Origin: an uncultured delta proteobacterium
GTDB lineage: Bacteria > Myxococcota_A > Polyangia > Polyangiales > Polyangiaceae
Direction: 5' to 3'
Assembly: GCA_963850305.1 (NCBI GenBank)
Contig: CAWKKR010000001.1
Span: forward strand, 224,001 to 288,000
DNA length: 64,000 nt
Shown: positions 48,179 to 57,285 of the stretch, piece after piece
How the letters are laid out: every line of letters begins with the position of its first letter
How positions within the stretch are numbered: the stretch's first letter is position 1
Program-made: the position numbers and the translations under genes
The notes under the pieces: generated by a model
What the model saw: the letters and a program-made list of their open reading frames with translations, nothing else
What the model was told of the DNA's origin: nothing
Databases searched by the model: none

Positions 48179-48973
48179 CTACCCTCGCCTCAGACCCATG
48201 GCGTTCTGGAGCAGGGCCTCCCTGACAGCCTGCGCCCTCTCGCGAGCGACGGGCACCCGGAGGCCCGGATAGTCCTTCCCGATCCCGGTGCCGACGAACA
48301 CTCGCGTCTCACTGCCGTCCCGCTCCAGCTCTTTGATGTGAGTCGGGTTGACCAGCCAGTTGCGATGAACGCGAGACAGCGCCCGGCCGAACGAGGCCTC
48401 GATCGCCGACAGGGACAGATCGAGATCGAAGGCACCGTGCGGCGTGTGAACGGACGTCATCCGGTCGGCGGCCTCGAAGGCCCACACCTCCGACGGCTCG
48501 AGGAAGACCAGGCTTTTCCCCTTCCGTGCCACGATCCGAAGGGGTGCGCTGATGGGGGCCGCCGGCCGTCGGGCGAGCAACCGGTTCAAGCATTGCTCGA
48601 CCCGATCCTCGGTGAACGGCTTCAGCAGGTAGTCGACGACGCCCAGCTCGAAAGCCTCGACGGCATGTCCCTGGAACGCCGTCGCGAGCACGAACATGGG
48701 GGCCGAGGGACCGCGCGCCAGGCTTCTCACGAGATTCAGGCCGGCTTCGTCGCCGTCGTGGACGAGGCGGATGTCCACGAACCCCACGTCCACCGCGAGG
48801 GGCGCGGCTCCCAGCGCCTGGCGTGCTTCATCCACCGTCGCGACGGCACCGACGACCTCCGCGAGTTCCGACCCTTCGAGGAGCTCGACGAGATAGTTGC
48901 GCGCCGGCCACTCGTCCTCCACTACGAGCGCTCGCAGCCGTCGCGACGGCGTCGAAGTTCCTTCGCGACTCAC
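48179..48973 (-). CDS. LytTR-family response regulator
   Basis: LVVEDE, FVDIRL, VDYLLKPF, RVHRNWLVN; GTG overlaps the kinase stop. Confidence 0.93.
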   Translation of the reverse strand: MSREGTSTPSRRLRALVVEDEWPARNYLVELLEGSELAEVVGAVATVDEARQALGAAPLAVDVGFVDIRLVHDGDEAGLNLVRSLARGPSAPMFVLATAFQGHAVEAFELGVVDYLLKPFTEDRVEQCLNRLLARRPAAPISAPLRIVARKGKSLVFLEPSEVWAFEAADRMTSVHTPHGAFDLDLSLSAIEASFGRALSRVHRNWLVNPTHIKELERDGSETRVFVGTGIGKDYPGLRVPVARERAQAVREALLQNAMGLRRG

Positions 48974-50130
48974 GCGAGTGCTCCCATCCTCGAAGCGTCG
49001 AGCACCCGCGGGAGATCGACGATGGAGCGAGTTCCGTCCGGCGAGGACTCCAGGCGCAGACTCGCATCCGCGTAACGCAGCTCCAGTCTTCGACGGACCG
49101 CACGCAATCCGAACGCCCCCGAACGCGGAGCAACCTCCGACAGGCCCGGACCATTGTCTTCGACCGTGCACACAACCCGCGATACGGGACCAGGCGCGGA
49201 CTCGACCCGGGCGCGGATCGTCACCTGTCCGCCGCTGGTCCTTCTGAGAGCCCCGTGCTTCACGGCGTTCTCTACGAGGGGTTGAAGCAGCAGACGCGGC
49301 AGAAGGACTTGCCCTGCTTCACCCGCGATCTCCCAATGAAACCTGAGAAAGCCGGAATGGCGCGACTCCAGGATCTCCGCGTACCTTCGGAGCCAGGCGA
49401 TCTCTTCGTCGAGCGTCTGCATCTCTTCCGGATCCCGCAGCGAGTCCCGCAGCAAATCTCCGAGGCAGGCGATGAGCCGCCTGGCCTCACGTGGGTCCTG
49501 GGTCACGAGGCCAGCGATGGCGTTCAGGGTATTGAGCAGAAAATGCGGCTCGAGCTGCGCGCGGAGCCGGGCCAGCTCGGCGGCGCTCCGGAGTTGCGCC
49601 GTTTCGAGGCGAAGCTTCTGGGCTTCGAGAGCCCGGAGGCGCGCGTCTTCTGCAGCGAAGGGGTAGACGAACGCGAGGGCCCATAGCCCACAATGAAACA
49701 GCCCCATCCCGCCGCCGAACGCGGCAATGACGAGGTACTCGGGCTCGTGTCCGACGACGATGCCGAACCCAGGGATGCTCCTGACGGCCAGGCGTATGAG
49801 GACCGAACACGCGGCGCCGAGCGCAACGGAAAGAGCGAGACTCGTGACGAGCGTTCGTGCGGAGCCGTAGCCTCGGCGCGAGGACCAGATGTAGTGGACC
49901 GAGAGCGCGAGCATCAACACCGGCATTTCCAGGCCGAGGGACAGGAGCCGCACGAAAACGTGTCCCGGCGCGTGCGCCCCGAACAGGAGCGGAATGCTCT
50001 GAGACGCCGTGACGGCGGTGACGATCACCGTGCCGACAATCCAGCGACGTCGTCCGAAGAGATCGGGAGTGGGCGATGGCTTCGCCAGGTCGTTCAAGTC
50101 CGTCTTGCGCGCGCTCGCGGGACTGTCCAC
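48970..50130 (-). CDS. LytS/YehU-type sensor histidine kinase
   Basis: Four TM segments, LRAQLEPHFLLNTLN, LQPLVENAVKHG, EDNGPG, FGL. Confidence 0.93.
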   Translation of the reverse strand: MDSPASARKTDLNDLAKPSPTPDLFGRRRWIVGTVIVTAVTASQSIPLLFGAHAPGHVFVRLLSLGLEMPVLMLALSVHYIWSSRRGYGSARTLVTSLALSVALGAACSVLIRLAVRSIPGFGIVVGHEPEYLVIAAFGGGMGLFHCGLWALAFVYPFAAEDARLRALEAQKLRLETAQLRSAAELARLRAQLEPHFLLNTLNAIAGLVTQDPREARRLIACLGDLLRDSLRDPEEMQTLDEEIAWLRRYAEILESRHSGFLRFHWEIAGEAGQVLLPRLLLQPLVENAVKHGALRRTSGGQVTIRARVESAPGPVSRVVCTVEDNGPGLSEVAPRSGAFGLRAVRRRLELRYADASLRLESSPDGTRSIVDLPRVLDASRMGALA

Positions 50131-50184
50131 GGACGCAAGCGTAGCGCGCCTTGCCCCGGGTGGGCAGCGTCCGAGCCCGCGACG

Positions 50185-50236
50185 ACCGTCCGTGACCCTG
50201 GCGCCACCGTTCGTGGCGTCCCGGGCACCTTCGGTC
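50185..50236 (+). promoter_or_regulatory. LytTR-type direct repeats
   Basis: ACCGTCCGTG (50185), ACCGTTCGTG (50206) and ACCTTCGGTC (50227), 21-bp period. Confidence 0.6.
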
Positions 50237-50257
50237 GGGGACGACCAACGGGCAGCC

Positions 50258-50938
50258 TCAGCCGAACATCCCGAAGATCAGATTGAGTGCGAGGGCGAGG
50301 ATCGCCGTGTTGTACACGAAGGAGATCAGCTGGTGCGTGAGCGCCGTGCGTCGGATCGATCGACTCGTGATCGCGACGTCGGAAACCTGGAAGCACATGC
50401 CGATCGTGAACGAGAAGTACGCAAAGTCCCAGTCATCCGGCGGCCCCTCTCCCGGAAACTGAAGGCCACCCTCCGCCTCACGATCGCTCTGATAGAAGAG
50501 ACGCGCGTAGCGGAGCGTGTAGGTGGAGTGCGTCAAGAACCAGGCGCACGCGACGGCGGCGAGGCAAAGCACGATCAGCGCGCCGCTCGCGTGGGGAGCC
50601 AGGGTTCGGGCCTTTCGGAGCAGAATAGTCGAGGCGAACACGCTGACGAAACTCGAGAGAACCACGATGGCCCCCACCGATTTCCGACCGGGGTCCTCGG
50701 CACCGGCGCGGCGCCGGGTCTCCGTCGAATCGGAGGTGCAGATGATCCACCAGACGAGCGAGAGGAAAATGAAGCCGAACGCGTTCCAGGCTGCGACGCC
50801 ACGCACGGCCCACGAGTATCGGCCGAGAACCATGGCCGTCATCACCCCGGCTGCGGCCGAAACTCCCAGCCGCATCGACGCCCGGCGGAGATCGAACCAG
50901 GGGAAAGCCGCGTCGGCGGGCGGAGACGAGGACACCAC
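50258..50938 (-). CDS. DUF1345 membrane protein
   Basis: YARLFY, GLQFPG, DFAYFSFTIGMCFQVSDV, SFVYNT. Confidence 0.9.
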   Translation of the reverse strand: MVSSSPPADAAFPWFDLRRASMRLGVSAAAGVMTAMVLGRYSWAVRGVAAWNAFGFIFLSLVWWIICTSDSTETRRRAGAEDPGRKSVGAIVVLSSFVSVFASTILLRKARTLAPHASGALIVLCLAAVACAWFLTHSTYTLRYARLFYQSDREAEGGLQFPGEGPPDDWDFAYFSFTIGMCFQVSDVAITSRSIRRTALTHQLISFVYNTAILALALNLIFGMFG

Positions 50939-50983
50939 GGGTGGATGCTATAGGAAGCGGCGACGCACCAAAATCGGGAGCTT

Positions 50984-53923
50984 TTACTCGAGCAGAGCCA
51001 GCAATTCCGCGCGCGTGACCCCGAAAGCCTGGTTCGCATCACCGAGCGCAACGTCCGAGAGACCGCGCTTTCTCGCCTGGAGCGCGAGGATTCGCTCCTC
51101 GACCGTGTCCTTCGCCACCATCCGATAAACCATGACGGGGCGTTCCTGACCGATCCGGTGCGCACGGTCCGCCGCCTGGTCCTCGACGGCGGGATTCCAC
51201 CAGGGATCCACCAGGAAGACGTGATCGGCGGCGGTGAGGTTCAGACCCGTGCCACCCGCCTTGAGCGATACCAGCATGACCGGAGGTCCATCCAACCCCT
51301 GGAAGGTCACGATCACGCCCTGGCGGTCCCGCGTCGAGCCGTCGAGACGCGTGAAGCGTATGCCTGCACGTTCGAGATGCGGCTCGATCAGGTCGAGCAA
51401 GCTCGTCCACTGCGAGAACACGAGCGCCTTGTGGCCGTCGGCGGCCACCTCCTCGAGTGCGTCGACCAGGCGCTCGACCTTCGAGGACGTTTCGGCATGC
51501 TGACCGGGCACCAGCCTCGGATGGCACGCGGCCTGTCGAAGCCGCAGCAATGCCTCCAGGGCGGCGAGAACGCCGCCACCTTGCGCGAGCTTTTCGGCGA
51601 CCTCCTTCTTCGTCGCGACCCGGACGGCGTCGTAGACGGCACGCTCTGCGTCGTCGAGCTCGACGTGAAGCACGGAGTCCGTACGAGGCGGTAGCTCGGG
51701 GACGACGTCTCTCTTCATGCGCCGCAGCACGAACGGCTTGATCTTCGCGCGCAGACGCCGAGCCGCCTCGGCGTTGCCGTTTCCGATGGGATTCGCATAC
51801 CGCTCCTGGAAATCACTCTTTCTGCCGAGCAGTCCGGGGTTCGCGAAATTCATCACGCTCCAGAGTTCCTCGAGCCGATTTTCCACGGGGGTGCCGCTCA
51901 ACGCCACGCGAAAGGCGCCAGGGATCTCGAACGCCGCCTTCGCCGTCTGACTTCCGGCGTTCTTGATGGCCTGTGCTTCGTCGAGCACGACGATGTCCCA
52001 TGGTTCGCGCGCCAGCCGAGCCGCGTCGAGCCTGAGAACAGCGTAGGTCGTCAGAGTGACGGCCGCGGCGTCATCGAGTTCGCGCGCGGGGCCATGATAG
52101 ATGACGGTGCGCAAGCCGGGTCGGAATCGCGCAATCTCTTCGGCCCAGTTGTATACGACACTCTTCGGACAGACGACGAGCGCGCGCCCCTCGAGCACGC
52201 AGATGGTTTGCAGCGTCTTGCCGAGACCCATGTCGTCCGCCAGCACCGCCCCGAGGCCCGCGCCCCGAAGGAACGCGAGCCAATCCACGCCGTGCACCTG
52301 GTAAGCCCTCAGGTTTGCGTTGACGCCGGAAGGCAACGACGCTCGCGGGATCCCGACGAACCCCTCCAGAAGAGGTGCAAGCTTGGCGATCGCGAACGGC
52401 TTCGGCTCGTTCAGTTCATCGCAGAGGGCCGCGAGCTCGGGAAGAGCGGCGGTCGCCAGATTCTTCTCCGCATCACGCGCCGAGAAAAGATCGACCACTC
52501 GATGCGCGTGGAGTTCGAGCCAGTTCGACGGCAAGGGGGCCCATCCACCGCCCACGAGCGGGACCAGTTCGAGCCCATCGCGAAATGCTTGAAGAACGGC
52601 CGCCGCTTCGGCCCGAGGGGGGTCTCCCACCTGCCCCGGTTCTGGCTCGCACTCGAATATCACGTCGAAGCGACCGTCCTCGAGATCGAGCCTCGGGATG
52701 AGATTGCGTTTCTGGACGAGCGCAGCTCGTCCGTCGTCTCCTCGTCCCTTCTGGAACGCACGCAGCTTCGTCGCAAAACGAGTCGCATCCTGGCCGTCGA
52801 GGTCCACGCGACGCCCGGGCACCAGGTTGAGTTCGTCGCGGAGCTTGGCGAGGATCTCGCGCTCTTCGTCGCGGCGGCGAACCGGCACTTGGTCCCCGAA
52901 CGGAACCACCGAGTCGCCATCCACACGCGCGATGGGAGGATCACCGTAAACGAGGTTCGGCAAGACCGACAGCGTGTGGCCTCGATGGGACAGATCCAGC
53001 TCGATGCGCGGGCGCGCGTCGGCGCTGGCCCGCGGCAGGCGCTTCGTCGCGAGCGTGACCACGACACGATTCTCAAGTTCGGGCAGGACCTTCGTCACGA
53101 GGTCCGCTTCCTCCGGGCCGACGAACGTCCGCGACAGTGGCAGCCGTTCCAGCAGGTGCCCCGTCGTCGCGGTTTCTCCGAGGGGCCGCAGCACGTCTCC
53201 GCACCGCGCGACGCCCATCGCGATGACTTCGGAGATGTCCGGGTGGCGCTCGATCCTCAGACTGAATCCCCCCTTGTCGGCGTCCTCCACGACGGCGCGT
53301 GGGAAAATTGCCTCACCGGAGACCTTCACCGCCGTCCCCTGGAATCGGACCTCGTCATTATTCGACAGCGCGGCGAACAGAGCCGCAACCGCCGAAACGG
53401 GAACGACCTCGCGAGGCGGCACGCCGAGCAGCCGTTCCACGGATAGGTCGTCGTGCGTCGGGGTCAGGCCCGCAGGAAGCCGCCCGCGTGCGAGGTCCGA
53501 CGCCAGGCTCCCCGTGAGACGCTCTTCGCGCTCCCCGTCGTAAACGATGAACCGTGTCAGCGTGAGCACACGCTCCTTCTTCAGCAGCCGGTACCGGATC
53601 TTCGGTGGTTGCGCGCCGGTCGGCGGACGGATGCCGCCGTCCGCCTCGGTCCGCTCCGCGGTTCGGTTGCTCGCGAAAATCGCCGCAGCGGCGACGTGCG
53701 CGCAGGGATCCACCTTCCCGCCACAGTCGCATGACCACTCGTGCTCCTCGACGAACAGAGTGACCGTGGGTGCAATCACGTGGCCGCGCGCGCGGACCCG
53801 CATCGTCATCTCGGACGAGGTCGCGGAGACACGCGTCACGAGCTCCTGGCGGGCTAGCTTAACGCCTTCGGACCAGAGACCGGGCAAGCTCGCCTTTCGA
53901 ATGGTCTCGAGGAGTTCCAGCAT
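50984..53923 (-). CDS. SWIM zinc finger + SNF2 family helicase
   Basis: CDC...[42 protein letters not shown]. Confidence 0.95.
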   Translation of the reverse strand: MLELLETIRKASLPGLWSEGVKLARQELVTRVSATSSEMTMRVRARGHVIAPTVTLFVEEHEWSCDCGGKVDPCAHVAAAAIFASNRTAERTEADGGIRPPTGAQPPKIRYRLLKKERVLTLTRFIVYDGEREERLTGSLASDLARGRLPAGLTPTHDDLSVERLLGVPPREVVPVSAVAALFAALSNNDEVRFQGTAVKVSGEAIFPRAVVEDADKGGFSLRIERHPDISEVIAMGVARCGDVLRPLGETATTGHLLERLPLSRTFVGPEEADLVTKVLPELENRVVVTLATKRLPRASADARPRIELDLSHRGHTLSVLPNLVYGDPPIARVDGDSVVPFGDQVPVRRRDEEREILAKLRDELNLVPGRRVDLDGQDATRFATKLRAFQKGRGDDGRAALVQKRNLIPRLDLEDGRFDVIFECEPEPGQVGDPPRAEAAAVLQAFRDGLELVPLVGGGWAPLPSNWLELHAHRVVDLFSARDAEKNLATAALPELAALCDELNEPKPFAIAKLAPLLEGFVGIPRASLPSGVNANLRAYQVHGVDWLAFLRGAGLGAVLADDMGLGKTLQTICVLEGRALVVCPKSVVYNWAEEIARFRPGLRTVIYHGPARELDDAAAVTLTTYAVLRLDAARLAREPWDIVVLDEAQAIKNAGSQTAKAAFEIPGAFRVALSGTPVENRLEELWSVMNFANPGLLGRKSDFQERYANPIGNGNAEAARRLRAKIKPFVLRRMKRDVVPELPPRTDSVLHVELDDAERAVYDAVRVATKKEVAEKLAQGGGVLAALEALLRLRQAACHPRLVPGQHAETSSKVERLVDALEEVAADGHKALVFSQWTSLLDLIEPHLERAGIRFTRLDGSTRDRQGVIVTFQGLDGPPVMLVSLKAGGTGLNLTAADHVFLVDPWWNPAVEDQAADRAHRIGQERPVMVYRMVAKDTVEERILALQARKRGLSDVALGDANQAFGVTRAELLALLE

Positions 53924-53992
53924 GAAAGTCGAGCGCGTGTCCTAGCGCATCCAAGGTCGATTGGCGACGAGGGAGGCGCCGGACGAAGGGCG

Positions 53993-54355
53993 TCACCGGC
54001 CCGCGGTCTCGGCGCCATCCCGAGGTGCGTAGCGAAGAACCCGCACTTTCTCCATCGTGACGAGCGCCCCGCGAGGGAGCATTTCGTCGAGAATGGGCAG
54101 GAGTTTTTGCACGTGCTCGTCGTCCTCGACGACCTCGATGACCACGGGGAGGTCCCCGGAAAGGTCGACCAGGTGCGCCGTGCGGACGATGCTGCGCGCG
54201 CCGAACCCGGCGACGCCATGCAGCACGGTCGCCCCCGCGAATCCCTCCCGCCGGAGTCGCTCGATGAGGGCCCAATCGAGCGCCTGGTGATGCCACTTGT
54301 CCGCATCACCCACGAAGATGCGTATCAAGGTCCGTTCGCCATCGAGAACTCGCAT
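53993..54355 (-). CDS. DUF190 (PII-like) protein
   Basis: GATVLHGVAGFG, LSGDLPVVIEVV; usual crcB partner. Confidence 0.9.
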   Translation of the reverse strand: MRVLDGERTLIRIFVGDADKWHHQALDWALIERLRREGFAGATVLHGVAGFGARSIVRTAHLVDLSGDLPVVIEVVEDDEHVQKLLPILDEMLPRGALVTMEKVRVLRYAPRDGAETAGR

Positions 54356-54377
54356 GAGAAGCTCCTCTCCAATTTTC

Positions 54378-54761
54378 TCAGACGCCGAGCAGACGCCTCG
54401 CCGCAGCGAAACCGAGAAGCCCCGCCATGAGGCAGGCTCCCGTCGTGACCGTGAAATTGAGAACACCGCTGAGCCACGCCCGCTCCTGCAGAAACCGCGT
54501 CGTCTCGTAGTTGAAGCTCGAATAGGTCGTGAGCCCCCCCATGAACCCCGTGGTCAGTGCAAGCCGGAGGGTCGGCGGGACGAGGCCCGTCGTGAGAGAC
54601 CCTTCCATGACCGCGGCGATCAGGAAACAACCAGTCACGTTGACCGCCAGTGTGCCGTATGGAAAACCCGTCCCCAGCGACCGCGCGGCCCACAGTCCAA
54701 CGAGATAGCGAGTACCCGTCCCGAGCGCACCGGCGAGGCAAATCCAAAACAGCCGACCCAT
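54378..54761 (-). CDS. crcB: Fluoride channel Fluc/CrcB
   Basis: GALG-x-x-x-RY, FPYGTLAVN, GFMGGLTTYSSF. Confidence 0.95.
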   Translation of the reverse strand: MGRLFWICLAGALGTGTRYLVGLWAARSLGTGFPYGTLAVNVTGCFLIAAVMEGSLTTGLVPPTLRLALTTGFMGGLTTYSSFNYETTRFLQERAWLSGVLNFTVTTGACLMAGLLGFAAARRLLGV

Positions 54762-54775
54762 TCGTCACCCTTCCT

Positions 54776-55003
54776 TCAGGCGCTGACTTTGCTGACACGA
54801 CGGACGCTCAGCCAGATCATGAGGACCGCGAACACGGCCAGTGCGGCGAGGTGAGGGACCATCTCGATCGGGCCGGCATCGCGCAACACGATCCCTCGCA
54901 TGATCGCGACCATGTGGGTAGTCGGAAGCAACTGGCCGATGACCTGGAAAATGATGGGCATTCCGCTCAAGGGGAACAGGTACCCGGAAAGGATGCGCGC
55001 CGG
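54776..55003 (-). pseudogene. 3' remnant of an ABC-2 (YbhS-like) permease
   Basis: ILSGYLFPLSGMP...LLPTTH...RGIVLR; only about 75 codons, no N-terminus. Confidence 0.7.
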
Positions 55004-55045
55004 AGTGTGTAGACCCGGTGAAGGGCAGCGGACCTGACACGTGAG

Positions 55046-55325
55046 TCACCTCGGGTTGGCTGTCGAGTGAGGGGACGACGCACAGTCCTCGGCGTCTTCG
55101 CGGCCGGAGGTGGGCCAGAGCTCGGCGAGGATCTCCGCCCAATCCGGCTCGGTCCCGGAGTCCATCGCAGCAACGAACAGCGCCTGTTTCGTCGGAAAGC
55201 GTCGAAACACCGTCGCTTCCCCGACGCCGCAGCGCACCGCCACTTCCTCGACCGTCGCGGTTCAGGAAGACCGCGCGGGCAGCGGCATGCACCTCTTCAT
55301 CCGTAATGCTCCGAGGGCGTGCCAT
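55046..55325 (-). pseudogene. Truncated, frameshifted TetR regulator
   Basis: MARPRSITDEEVHAAARAVFL, a gap, then ATVEEVAVRCGVGEATVFRRFPTKQALF in another frame; C-terminal domain absent. Confidence 0.75.
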
Positions 55326-55545
55326 TACGGAGCAGTTACGTAGTCTTTGGCGAGGTCAACGTGATTTGACGAGCCCAAACCGGTTCGTCAGAAGGCGAAA
55401 ATTCGCTTGGGCTTGATTTCGACCTGCGGGAACGCGCGTCGCATCGCGATTGAGCGAAAAGGGTGAATAATCGCCGACCGTTCCGCTGAAACTAGGATAC
55501 TCAATCGGAGCGCGCGTCCGGACGCGCGCAGAAGTAGTGAACCCG

Positions 55546-56700
55546 ATGAGATACTCGATCGCCGTTACGCTTCTCGGAGCATCCGCTCTATCCCTGATCG
55601 GCTGCGGGAGCACCTCACGAACGGGTGTAGGCACCGCGGCAAACACCGAGGACTCGGGAACGAATCCTTGCGGCATTCATTCGGCCTACGAGGGCGACGA
55701 CCTTTGCATCCTCCCCCCGGACCCCGAAGCAGGCATCCAGCTCCATGTCGGTCCCACGAATTACGACGATCCGGACGACGTCGCGCCTTACCTGCTCGCG
55801 CCGAGCACGGAGAATGTCCTCTGCTACCGCACCCCGATTTCACAATCGGGCTTCTATTATCTGAAACAGCAAAACCGGATGCGCCCGAGCTCCCATCACA
55901 TGCTGATCTTCGTCGACGGCGCGAGCGCCCAGGACGCGGGTACAGGCGCCCAGGACGGGGTGCTGGTGCCGGATGGATGTGACGTCGCGACGTCGGTAGG
56001 TTCGATACCCGGTTCGCAGACCACGTCACGGGACTTCCCGAACCAGCTTGGGCCCGAGGATCAGGGGCTCGGCCGGTACCTGCCGCAATCGACGACTGCC
56101 GATTTTCAGTTGCACTACATCAACACGACCACGGAGCCCGTGCTCCGCGAAGCCTGGGTGAACCTCTATCGGGAAGATGCGAGCGCCGTCACGCAGCACC
56201 TGCAGAGCATCTTCATGGTCGGCGACCTCACGGTCGACATTCCCGCGCATACGGAAGCCACGACGACACTGGATGTAGCTCCGACGCTTGCTTCCGCGAC
56301 GCGCGTCTTCGAGCTCAACGCCCACATGCATGCGCACTCGCAGAGCATGACCGTCTGGCTCGAGCACGCCGGCGCCGAACAGATCATCTATCAGTCGTTC
56401 AACTGGGAGGACCCTTACGAGAACACGTTCAACACGGTCGTGACGAATCCGACTCCCGATCCGAAATCGAACCGGGATGGCGGCATTTCCGGGCTTCTCT
56501 ACCTGCAGCCCGGGGATTCGCTTCGCTGGGCGTGCGACGTGAACAATACCCTCGATACGACGATCCACTTCGCGAACGACGCGCTCACCGCGGAGATGTG
56601 CATGATCATCGGGTCGTACATTTCACCGACACCAGGATTGCTGGCGGGGTTCTGCGCGAACGGAGCCTGTCAGACGGGCCTCGGCGCGCAGTCAAAATAG
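55546..56700 (+). CDS. Lipoprotein, copper type II ascorbate-dependent monooxygenase-like (PHM/DBH fold)
   Basis: Lipobox LIGC; SHH, QLHY, AHMHAH and EMC copper-ligand pattern. Confidence 0.75.
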   Translation: MRYSIAVTLLGASALSLIGCGSTSRTGVGTAANTEDSGTNPCGIHSAYEGDDLCILPPDPEAGIQLHVGPTNYDDPDDVAPYLLAPSTENVLCYRTPISQSGFYYLKQQNRMRPSSHHMLIFVDGASAQDAGTGAQDGVLVPDGCDVATSVGSIPGSQTTSRDFPNQLGPEDQGLGRYLPQSTTADFQLHYINTTTEPVLREAWVNLYREDASAVTQHLQSIFMVGDLTVDIPAHTEATTTLDVAPTLASATRVFELNAHMHAHSQSMTVWLEHAGAEQIIYQSFNWEDPYENTFNTVVTNPTPDPKSNRDGGISGLLYLQPGDSLRWACDVNNTLDTTIHFANDALTAEMCMIIGSYISPTPGLLAGFCANGACQTGLGAQSK

Positions 56701-56762
56701 CGGCTCGGGGATTTCTCGGACCCGGACCAAAAAAGTAGTGCTACGGTCCGCGCCCGTAAAAG

Positions 56763-57284
56763 ATGCGCTACTTCGTTCGGATCGAAGAAACGGAACACGT
56801 GGTGGACGTCGCCGAGCTCCCCGGCGGCGGTCTCGACGTTCGACTCCTGCCGGCTGCGGGTGACGGCCCGGGCTCGCCACTCGACGTTCGCGTGAGCGGA
56901 CCGGGCGGCCCGCTCACCGTCAACATCGGTGGTCGAGTGTTCGACCTCGTCGTGGACGGCGCGGCGCCGACATTGTCCATATTCGCCAGCGGCCGCCGAG
57001 CATCGGTCAACGTGGAGAGCGCGCGCCAGCGCGCGACCGCCAGCGTCCGCTCCGGCGGCAAGGCCGGACGCTCGGGCCTCGTGTTGTCTCCCATGCCGGG
57101 CAAGGTCGTGAAGGTTCTCGTGAAAGAAGGGGACGAGGTCGACGCCGGACGTCCGCTCGTCGTCGTCGAAGCCATGAAGATGGAGAACGAGCTCGTCGCG
57201 GAATCTGCCGGCACCGTGAAGAAGGTCTACGTGCAGCCCGGCGACGCCGTCGAAGGCGGCGCAAAGCTGATCTCCATCGGTTGA
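56763..57284 (+). CDS. Biotin carboxyl carrier protein subunit
   Basis: SPMPGKVV and EAMKM. Confidence 0.93.
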   Translation: MRYFVRIEETEHVVDVAELPGGGLDVRLLPAAGDGPGSPLDVRVSGPGGPLTVNIGGRVFDLVVDGAAPTLSIFASGRRASVNVESARQRATASVRSGGKAGRSGLVLSPMPGKVVKVLVKEGDEVDAGRPLVVVEAMKMENELVAESAGTVKKVYVQPGDAVEGGAKLISIG

Positions 57285-57285
57285 G

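Noticed and set aside
54762..55536. Fluoride or c-di-GMP riboswitch
   Set aside because: I could not match either consensus by eye; only generic short inverted repeats are present (55367-55413)
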